A DNA stretch of 64,000 nucleotides, from positions 62,001 to 126,000 of the forward strand of contig JBLDXI010000021.1 of NCBI GenBank assembly GCA_047495785.1, read 5' to 3'. Both the position numbers and the translations under genes were made by a program. Below the pieces are notes generated by a model. The model was not told the origin of the DNA. It worked only from the letters and a program-made list of their open reading frames with translations, and made no database searches. Positions 1 through 10,252 of this stretch are shown in pieces (the stretch's first letter is position 1; each line of letters starts with the position of its first letter). This DNA comes from Lepidodermella squamata. Lineage: Eukaryota > Animalia > Gastrotricha.

Positions 1-432
1 TTTCGCTCGAAGCCTGGTAGATAAATAAACACGGATAACAAAAAAATAACAAATCCCATCTTTCTACCTTAGGTAATATCATTTCGGCTAAAAATAAGTG
101 TAAAACGTCGGTTAAACATGAAAAATTTGAAGGATGAGTTCGAACATAGACTCGCCTTAATAAGCTAATTAGAACGAAGCGCTATTTTTACTGCATAACT
201 TGAACTAGCCACCTGATAGCAGCATAATTTAATAAAAAAAAATCGATTTGCGACACAGATATTCGGCGGAAAATATTTTCGCTAATTTCTAAAGGAATTT
301 AATGTCAAAGACAACGCCTACATTAAAACCATCCTAGATATTGCCAAATCATTTTTTTATTTTCAAAAATAATATTATTTTGGCAAGATTTGCTCGCGTC
401 AACTGTTTTTTAGTCTTTATTCCCTATAATTA

Positions 433-3271
433 TCAGATGATGACGTAGACAGTTCCAGATTTAGCGGCATCGTTCTCGTCGAACGAGCCGAGCCGCCGCG
501 GGAAATCGTCTTCATCACCAGCGAGATCGATAGGCACATTCGGATCTGTCTTCCTAAGATTACAGCTGTAAGACCGGAAAGCCGGACTTCTCAGCCCGAT
601 CGACGATTCCACTAATGATTCATCAGTTTTCGAGCCAGAATTCCTTATTTGACTCGTATTTGTTGCAGTCGTGGTTGTATTCACGTTAATTGAACTCGCA
701 ACAAGGCTTTCCTCCTCGATTTTAGCTTCGCTGCTTTTATTGACGATGACCTCCTTTTGAGGGCAATCGTGTTCGCCCTTGTCTAGGTAATAAAATTGCG
801 AACATTGCTCGCAAATTGCGACAATATCGCTGTGTCGCATTCGAAGGTGGCGATGAAATGCGTGCAGGCTAAGAAATAGGTCATCACAGCCGCGCACTGA
901 ACATCGATAGTCCGGTTTTAAATTCGCAACATTGCCAGCGAAAATTAGCGACTGCTCAAGCAATGAGACGGTCGCACTCGACGACGCGCGGAAAGAGACC
1001 GTAGTCGGCGCTAGGGATAGCGACTGCATGAGTGATCTCGGCGATGTCGGAGAATTGCTAGAAGCCGAGCAATTCCACATTGATCTAGAACTGTAGGTTT
1101 GTAGAACTTTGGACCGTAAGTACGATTTTTTTGCTGCTTTGAATGGCAACAGTTGATCACCCGCGGTAGGTGTTGTATTAGAAGTACTTGATTTTCTCTG
1201 CTTCTGTGATGCAGAGTGATAGTTGCTTCTTGAAGGCACGTAACTCAGATCAGCAAACCTCCTGTAAATCGGAAAGTGGATTAAAAAATTCATCAAAGCG
1301 AATTATAATCGAATCGATTTTTGGATTACATTTAAGTGTCTTTTGCCAAGTCCTTTTGATTAGAAATATTTTTTTAAATTTTCATGTTAAAATAAAAAAA
1401 AATTTAAAAATTAATGAAAATTCCTCAATTATGATAATTTTTTAATTTTTTTTATTTAAAAAGTAGAAAATAAAATTTTTAGATGATTTTAGAAAATTTT
1501 CTAAAGTTAATAAAATCAATTTAATAAAAACTAAAATCCAAAAAAATACTATTAAAAATAAAAAAAAATCCCCAACTCACTTTTGGCATGTAAGGATGGC
1601 GAGAACCTGAAGACGGACTCGGCGTAATCGTGTTGCATAAATGATAGGATTTATCAGCGGGCTCAGCATGAGAAGACTATTGAAAATTGTGTTAATTAAC
1701 AGGGCCTGATTTGAACTCGTCGCGAACGAATGCCGAGGTTCGCCTTTAAAAGTACTGCTGCTACGCGCCGATGTTCGAAGGTACATGTATAGCTCGAAGA
1801 TAATGAAAGGCATCTAAAATTTTGCAAACATTATTTAAATTTGTTTTATTTATTTTTCAAAATTTTTACCCAGCAAAACGAGAATGTGCCGATAAGGAGC
1901 ATTGTGGTTAGAACAAGGCGAAAAGTTTTCCGTTGCCTCGCCGTTTTCCGACGAGTTACCTTGACGAAAATTCGGCCATTTATGAATAACAGCAGCAAAA
2001 AACACGGGACAGTCAGCGCCATGACAAAAAATTCGACGCCAAATTTGTTCGACGCGTAATAAGTACACCAATCAGCCGTTCCCTTTTCCTAACAATAGGA
2101 AAACAGATAAAAAACTATTAGGATTTTTTATCGAACCAACCTCTTCAATTATTTCAAGGACGTCCTTGATCAAATCGCGCAAGTCTAGCGGCAGTTCCAT
2201 ATCAGACTCCAGATCATTTTTAGGGCCCTCAAAAAGGAATGCCGTGATATTGAAAGTGTCGCTGTAAAAGTACAAATTTGTCCAATAAAAACTGGTACAT
2301 ATCGATTTTTTTATATTATCAAATTACCGTCTCCCACGTATCAAAACGTTATCGATGATTGTGGCATAATGTTGGACTGAAGGCGTGACGATCGACGGCC
2401 ACGGTTGGGTGAAATGAAGAAATAGATTTGTGGGTGTTGATGTTTGGGACGTGGCCGATGTGCTGGGTGGGCTGTTCGAGTTGTAAGCCGCAAAAGCTGC
2501 GATTGTAACCGGTAATTCGATAAAGCCGAGTATTAAAGATAGAATCCAAAGACAAGCTATGGCACGAACAACTCGGCCTCCGCCCATGAGCTAAAAAAAA
2601 TATTGAAAAAATTGAATTAAATTAAAAAAAAAAATTAAAATTCATGAAATTTTTAAAAATGTATAAAAATTTAAAATAAAAATTTAAAAAGTAAGGAAGT
2701 AAAAATCAGTAAACAATTAAGAAAAGAAATTAATTTAAAAAATTATACATACCGAATTGTAGAGTAAGGGACGAAAGATGCCGAGGAAGTTGTCGGCAGT
2801 TAGACCGCCAATGCTAAGAAGGGACGCGAAATAGCCGACGAGGGTGAGTGAACGCAAGAAATTATTGCCGCAAGTTTCCATCAGCTGAAACTCGTATTTA
2901 CCAGCCAGCCTTTCGTGGCAGAACGTGACGACCGTGGTCGAAGCCATGAAAATATCGGCAGCGGCTAAACTGAGCAAAAACCGGCGATAACCAGCCAGGG
3001 CGAACCTAGCCCTAGTAACAGCGATTGCGATTAACACGTTGCTAACCAGGGCTAGGATGGATGAGACGATGTCGGCGTAGGCGAACGGCACCCGCCAGGT
3101 ATCGACGCCTGAAATGCCGTCCGAGGCCTGCATTTCGGCCGCCAGTTGCGAGTAGGGCGAAGGCGAGACATAGTCGTCCTCTGGGATCGGAATCTGGTCG
3201 CTATCGAAGTAAGGCGCCGGCGTCTCATCGGCCGCAGCGTTCAAAGAATGACTGTTTATGAACTCCACCAT
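433..3271 (-). CDS. Class A (rhodopsin-like) orphan GPCR with long ECL2 and a predicted zinc-finger-bearing C-terminal tail; exons 3271-2753, 2590-2328, 2261-2141, 2088-1870, 1813-1581, 1261-433
   Basis: TM1 'LVSNVLI', TM2 'LLSLAAADIF', TM3 'LTADNF' (DRY position), TM4 'CLWILS', TM6 'FSFCW|MPF', TM7 'NPIIYATRLRRVR'. All junctions are canonical GT-AG and in frame. The last exon encodes CSVRGC..H...H and CEQC...HDC. Confidence 0.88.
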
Positions 3272-5272
3272 AAAAAGCCAGTCTAAAAAAAAATGAGTTT
3301 AATTGACAACTGGATGCATCCCAGGGGGCTATTAAAAGACTTGCTTTTGATACCTATAAATATTACAAAAAAACGCGGCGCAATACTACTTGAGGATTTG
3401 AAGTGAACGAAACCATGCCAAAACCTACAGCTCAATTCAGTTCACTTGAAATGAGCTTTTTTTCTTATGAAAAGGAACCACAGATCTGCGGATTCCACTC
3501 GCTTTGATTGAATAATCAGGTATACGTGCTCAAACCAATGAGTAGCTACGCCACGACAAAAATCTAATCTAATTTTGTTTGGAAAAAAGACATAAAACTT
3601 TTGGACTTTGCATTGCACCTTTCTGCTCAAAGAAATTGCGTGACCTAAATTAAATTATCGCCACACATGGGGTTATGACCCCCGCCGTTGAAGAGCGAAT
3701 ATTGGTAAAAAATTGGAATAATATTTTTTATGGCCATTTTTCAGAGTTCGAAACTAGAGGCGGAAGTGGAGTCATTTACCGCGATATGAAGAAAAGAGCC
3801 ATAAAAAAGCTGTTGAAAAGCTATATTTATGCGTTAATCGATAACAGATGCTTACTTATTTCAGCCGATCGTGGTAGCCATGGCTTTGGCGAAAGCGAGT
3901 TTTTTCCTAGATTCGCCGGCTAAACTGGCGGAAGAACCAAGCCTGACGCAACTGCCGTTTTTTGGCCGCGCCTGACTATTACTCACGATTGAGTTACAAT
4001 GTTCGAATAAATCAGAATAAAATCACGCACGAGTGAATATTAAGAGCGGAAATATAGAGGAGTGTAGGTTTAAACACGCGCAAACTTGGTTACTCTTCAG
4101 GGTGTTTATTGATTGGTCATGCCTAAATGCTACTACGCCGTGTCAGAGACAGCATTTTGGCAATATAATGGTAATAAAAAAAATGAAATTGATATCGGAA
4201 ATTCATCACTGCGCATCTCCAAATTATGATCTAATTTCGAAGAATTCAATTCACCAAATTGTCCCCTGGCTCCAGCTAGGCAATTTCAGGTTAGCTATGT
4301 AGTATATCTCATTTCCCGAAGAAAAAAAAACGAATCTCATGCTTTATTAACCGCACAACATAGCCGCAGATATATTCCTAGCTATCAATAAAGATTATTT
4401 GAAACATTGCATTTTTTTTGGCATATCAGTATTTTTCACACCGTGTTGACGATTATAGCAACTTGAGTAGGGAGGAAGTGGCAATTTAATGGGCCGCGCT
4501 TGCAAATCAATTCCACGTATTAGCAGCTATGTCCTACTTCAGTGATTGATGATGACTTAAAAAACGGACGATATTATTATACGCATTATAATTCCCATAA
4601 GTTCGACCTAAATCTGGCGCAAAAATATTGCTAAAATGGCACTCAAAAGTTTTTAATACCGAGGCACGCGAATAAAAGAAAGATAATTATAATATTATAT
4701 CGGCGATAAAAAACAATAGAAAAATATTGAGACGTAGAAGAGGGGTAGTTGAAACAAAAAAAAATATTATGAAATCTGAAGCGAATGTAACATGAATTGA
4801 GGTCCACTGGGAGACACATTGGTCATATGTCATAATTATAGGAACTGTATAGGTGATAACAAGAATTTGATATATAGACATCATGTCCAGTCTTTTACAG
4901 CGGGGCGGAAAATGCTGATTAAAAAAACACGCTCAAAGATGTTGAGAACCCTCGGTTTTTCGCTTCGCATATGCATGCGATTTACTTTATACCTGGCTAT
5001 CTGAACTCACAAAAAGAATATTTTCTGTTTAATATATTGACCAGATCTTGCATTAGCTAAGCGGGTTCGCCGGTAAAAATAACAAAAATTAATTGCATTT
5101 AAACCACCGCACTAAATCTGCACAACTCAGTCCGGTATTGTTGAATGCTCAGTTTTTATTTATATCGCTGACAAAAGTATGGCAAAAGGACAAGGGATAA
5201 AATTTACGAAAAGGATTATTATTTTAAACCACGAGTGCAAAAAAAACTGAAAAAATTGGCAAAAAACTAGCG

Positions 5273-6025
5273 TTAAATTTCAATATGGTCGAAAGGCGCC
5301 GTTTCGAACGGCATTAGGCCGAAGGTTTCCGGCTTGAAATCAGCCAATGTCGGTAGAACTAGGACTTTTTCATCGATCGAAGCCAGTTGACTAGCTGATT
5401 GGTGCGAGTAAGTCGTCGGAATCGTCGGCACCCAGACGCAGTTCATGCCCGCTGCGAGCGCGCCCTGGACACCCATGACGGCGTCCTCAAATACCAAGCA
5501 ATTGCTGTAGCCACGAGGCGCGGTTTCAAATCGATCAGCAGCGGCGAGGTAAATATCAGGCGCTGGTTTGCCGTTAACAACGCTTGGATCGTTGCTCAAT
5601 ACCACGTGGCTGAAGAATTTGTCGAAAAAATCGCGGTGTCTTGTTATTTTACAGCTGTAAGATTGAGAATCCGAGCTCGTCGCGATTGCCATTGGTATTT
5701 TATTCCTATAAAAATGTTCGACCAGCTGCTCAGCTCCTGGCATAAAATCAGCTGTCGGGAGTAGTTGATTCAATTCCTGGCGAGTTTTCGAATTAATTTC
5801 GTCAACGCTGAGGGGTAGTTGGAATTTTTGCTGTAGCAGGGTCAGCGCCTTAATTCGGGGCCGTCCCATCATTTGTTCCTTGGTAGCGTTGTCGAAGTGT
5901 TTGCCGACGGTACTACGGCACAGATTATCGAATACATGAGTGTAGAATGGCTCGGTGTTCAGCAGAAGGCCGTCGAGGTCGAAAATAGCGTGGGTCACCA
6001 CCGATTTTTTATCACCGAGAGACAT
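5273..6025 (-). CDS. PUDP: HAD-superfamily hydrolase, pseudouridine-5'-phosphatase (HDHD1/PUDP/GS1-like), intronless
   Basis: Motif I 'THAIFDLDGLLLNTE', motif II 'AIATSS', 'GKPAPDIYL', 'CLVFEDAVMGV', C-terminal 'FKPETFGL'. Confidence 0.88.
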   Translation of the reverse strand: MSLGDKKSVVTHAIFDLDGLLLNTEPFYTHVFDNLCRSTVGKHFDNATKEQMMGRPRIKALTLLQQKFQLPLSVDEINSKTRQELNQLLPTADFMPGAEQLVEHFYRNKIPMAIATSSDSQSYSCKITRHRDFFDKFFSHVVLSNDPSVVNGKPAPDIYLAAADRFETAPRGYSNCLVFEDAVMGVQGALAAGMNCVWVPTIPTTYSHQSASQLASIDEKVLVLPTLADFKPETFGLMPFETAPFDHIEI

Positions 6026-6418
6026 TCTATAATGACCCGCTCACGAATTGAACATTTTCTATTCAATTATAAAATCCATAATAAAACTATTATGGGCACC
6101 CTAAAATTGGAAAAAAATCTGAACAACAGCAAATACCAAAAAAAGGAAACGCGTCAAAACAGCCATTTTTTTAACTTGCGACATAACAGAAACACGCTGC
6201 ATCTTTTACATGGTAAGTTTTCGCTGTTTTGTCGCGAAATAAAACAGTTGCTGTTTTGTCGCATTCGCCTGCGCAGTTGCTGTTGCTGTTGCTGATATTT
6301 ATGTTTAAACCAAGCAAACATTTTTTGCTAACATTTAAGCTGGAATCATTAAGGGAATACTATTGGCTTATAAATAACGGCAGTGGTGGGGTTCCGAATT
6401 CGCATGAAAACTTTGCCA

Positions 6419-6521
6419 AAACCCTAACCCTAACCCTAACCAAAAGCCATAACCTTGACCCTAACCCCACCCCTAACTCCACCCCTAACCCTGACACCTA
6501 ACCCTAACCCCTAACCTAACC
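6419..6521 (+). repeat. Degenerate interstitial telomere-like (CCCTAA)n / (TTAGGG)n tract
   Basis: aaccctaaccctaaccctaacc...accctaaccccacccctaactccacccctaaccctgacacctaaccctaacccctaacctaacc. Confidence 0.85.
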
Positions 6522-6761
6522 ATACATTTATTATTTTTTGCTGAAAAGCGCAATTTCATGTATGAAAAAATGTATGAAAGGTTAAAATTTATTAACATAA
6601 ATATGGAGGAAAGAACATACTTATGAAAGAACAATTCGAAAAATTAGATTAAAATTAAATTTGAAAGATAACCTGTAATTAAGATGATAGGTGTGGCTTC
6701 TTTGTGACTTAGAAATTTCATCCTCATTCAAGACTGTATTTAGGTTGAAGGCGCGAAACGA

Positions 6762-6843
6762 AGGTCAAAGGCTAAGGAGCAAAGTTCACCGATGTGACCA
6801 TCATCATATTTTGCTCTTATATCTTCACCCATAGGTCAGGTCA
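6762..6843 (+). promoter_or_regulatory. Cluster of nuclear-receptor-type elements (two DR1/HNF4-like sites plus overlapping AGGTCA half-sites) upstream of SLC13
   Basis: AGGTCA-A-AGGCTA (6762-6774), GGAGCA-A-AGTTCA (6776-6788), AGGTCAGGTCA (6833-6843); motif match only. Confidence 0.3.
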
Positions 6844-7309
6844 TACCTAGACCAAGACACAACACTATTACGCATGCGCCTAAAGTAAATAGAGTCAAGA
6901 AAAAACTCACCCACACGACGAATGCGCAAAACATGTGTACCTTTGCGCAATTTTTTTACCTTCATTTTTTTCAAAACAGACACAGATAGATATGCGAAGT
7001 AAAGTGTTTGTTCGCACTGCGTTTCCTGTTAAATGCCGTTGTCTCAAGGATCGAGACGAATGTTTTACGCAGTAAAAGATGTTGTTATACCTGAGCGAAA
7101 AAACGTTCATTCATTATATCTACTCATCTGTGACGCACTTGTACGATGTCACATGATCAGAAACAGAGTAAAAAATGGCTGCAAACAGACCATCGTCAAT
7201 AACAGTCAATAACCATCGTCAAAACACAGTTACCTAATAGGGGTATATTGGCCTAGACTTTGCCAAAATACCTTCTTAGAACGCCTCAATTTCTCATTAA
7301 TTATTGAAA

Positions 7310-9864
7310 ATGGAAGTTCCTTACGCTGTGAAGCAAATTTGGGCGTATCGAGCTTTGCTAACCATTATTTTGACGCCAATCTTCCTGACGCCGTTGTTCA
7401 TGTACGAAGGTACAGAATTCGAAAAACCAGCCCGATGTACTTATGCCTTGATTATTCTCGTCGTTTATTGGACGACTGAATGCATACCGTTGGCCGTAAC
7501 AGCGCTGCTACCTATGGTCTTCTACCCTCTCATGGTAACTAGGCGAAATCATTGGAATAATCTTCGTTAATATTTTTCATTAATTTAGAAAATTTCCACA
7601 GCAATTGAGCTGGCTCCTAAATATATGACGGTAGAGGAGCGACCATAATTTTTCAATTATTTTTAATTTTTTTTTTTTAATTTTTAAGGAGGCTAATATG
7701 GTCTATTTGGGCAGTTATATTGTTATAATAGCCTTCGAAAATGCGAATCTACACAAACGATTCGCTCTTAGAATTCTGATGGTAGTCGGCCCTCAAGCTC
7801 GGTGGCTTTTATTCGGCATCATGATGTCCGCTTGCACTTTGTCGATGGTAAGAAAATTCAATCTTATCTCATATTTTCACGATTTTAATTCTAGTTTACG
7901 AATAATACTATCTGTTGCGCCTTGCATCTTCCTATTGTGAAAGGAATTATTGAAGAGCTGCGGGAGGCTGCGGCGAAGCCTAGAAAGCCGAGCAAGACGC
8001 CAAAAGCAACCGGTCTGAGCCATTTTAAGACCAAACTATCAGTTGCCTTCAAAAAGCGGCGATTGTCCTTTCCCCAACGGCGAGAAAGTCTGATCGACGA
8101 AAATTCGATTGATATAGGACTACCATATAAACACGACATTTCAATAGCTTCAATTGAAGAACATCCTGTGGAAGAAGATGACGATAATGGAAAAAATGAA
8201 GGCTTCACACTTGAGGTGATCGATGGAATCGAGAAAATGCTTCTCGTCGCAGCAGCTTACAGCTCGTCCATCGGTGGAATGTGCACGATGATCGGGACAC
8301 GGTCAAATCTTATTCTGAAAGAAAGAGCTGATGCAGTTTGGGAGCACTATAACTGCACCCAGCCGGTTAATTTCACGTCATGGATGGTAATAGGCGTACC
8401 TCTTGGCCATCTTTTCAATATCACCGCCTGGTTTTGGCTTCAAATTTACTTCATTGGCCCTCGGTAAATTTTGGAATTCTTCATTATTTTACGCAAAGAA
8501 TTTCGATTTGTTTAGGCAATTTGTGAACATTTGGTTCGTCCACCCGGTCGAGTTTTTCCTGCAAAAAATGAAGCATGGAACAGTTCCGCCCAAGCCAATT
8601 CAAGAGCAGCGAGTCACGGCAGTTATCCGAAATCTTTATTCACAGCTGGAACCGATGGGTTTCCAACAATACGCAGTTCTAGTTCACTGTTTTCTATTGA
8701 TTGGTCTCATGTTTACGCGACAAATTTCAACCGGTGAATCGGACGCTTTTCTCGGCTGGGGCATTATCGCGCCAAATCACGCGCGTGAATCAACCGCCGC
8801 GATTTTTGTCGCAACTCTACTATTCATTTTCCCGAGCCGGTTGCCAAGTTTTCGAAGGGGAACAGTCGTCGACCCGCCCGAGCCCCTGCTAAAATGGTCT
8901 GTTGTCGATAAAACGTTTCCATTCGGCGTTCTATTGGTGGTAGGTGGCGGTATAGCTGCGGCTGATGGCGCGCAGGCATCAGGGCTCATCGAAATAATTG
9001 TGCCGTTTTTCCGAAATATGATCTCACAAATTCCGCTACAAGCTGCTATACTCATCATTTGTATCATTGTCAGTATTTTGACGGAATTCACATCCAATGT
9101 TGCATGTGTAGCGCTGCTCTCGCCATTAATGGAGAAACTGGTGAGCAGATTTTCAAAAATTACGAATTATCGATTATTTTTTGATAAAATGTTAACAGAA
9201 GAAACTGAATGCACACAATCGAAGAAAGTAACAGGGAAAAGGGATCAGGAAGTTAAAATCCGAGAATGATCTTCTGGTCCGGGGGTATTTTTTTATGGGG
9301 AAATGGGAACATGTCATAAAGATTGGAAAATTCCGAAGAAATCCAGTTAGAGCAGGTAAAATACCGAAAATTACTGAACGATTCCCTTCGGATTTTCCCT
9401 TCATTTCTTAGGGAAATAGTAGGGAATCCTCTAATCTTACCAAAAAGGACCAACATTGTCTTCAAAAATTTCAAAAATTAATAAGTCGGTTAATTAATGA
9501 CAAACCCTGCATTAAGGAGGATTTTGTAATCCAATCATTGATATTCTCCGTTTTTTCAAGGCTTCGGATATGAATGTGAACCCACTCTTGTTCCTATTTC
9601 CGACCACCCTATCAGCCGCTCTTGCTTTCATGCTGCCGGTCGCAACTCCGCCGAACGCGCTGGTTTTTGCCACGAACAAACTTAAAGTCATAGATATGGT
9701 AAATAGCTCATTTATAATTCATGAAATATTTTATTTCTTGCAATGCTTTCCAGGTGATTTGCGGATCTGTTATGAAGGTGATAGGAATTCTATTCGTGCT
9801 GCTCGCGGTGACAACCTGGGGCAACGCTTTCTTTCATCTGATGAGCCCTCCTTGCACTCATTGA
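7310..9864 (+). CDS. SLC13/DASS family Na+-dicarboxylate/citrate/sulfate cotransporter (INDY-like), ~7 exons including a ~40 bp mini-exon near 7590-7630
   Basis: 'YWTTECIPLAVTALLP', 'NLHKRFAL', 'AYSSSIGGMCTMIGT', 'NFTSW', 'LTEFTSNVA', 'AFMLPVATPPNALVF'; spliced end VICGSVMK...PPCTH* at 9864. Confidence 0.93.
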
Positions 9865-10252
9865 ATGTTACGATAATAAAAGCTAATAAATTATTGTTGG
9901 AAAATCAATTGTTTTTTATTTCGAAAAAAATTACAAGACAAAAACAAAAATTCCTAATAATATAAAGTCTCACAAGTATAACTTTTTTCGTAAAGAAATC
10001 GAAATTTTCATACACAGATATAATAATATTATTATAGTTGTTACATTTTATTCAGGCGATTGATCCAATTTTTTATTCTATAGTTTGGTGTACATAAATT
10101 GATATAATAATAATATTAGTAATATTCAGATTTTATAATAATAATAATAATATTAATAATTTTACTGCAGTTTAAATAATATTTGAAGAGATTAATATTA
10201 TCATCATAATAATATTAGGAATTTTAGGGTAGGAAGCTGCTTTCTGGTTCTC

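Noticed and set aside
6229-6501. 90 aa ORF with TLTLT/NPTPN repeats
   Set aside because: Artefact of translating the CCCTAA repeat
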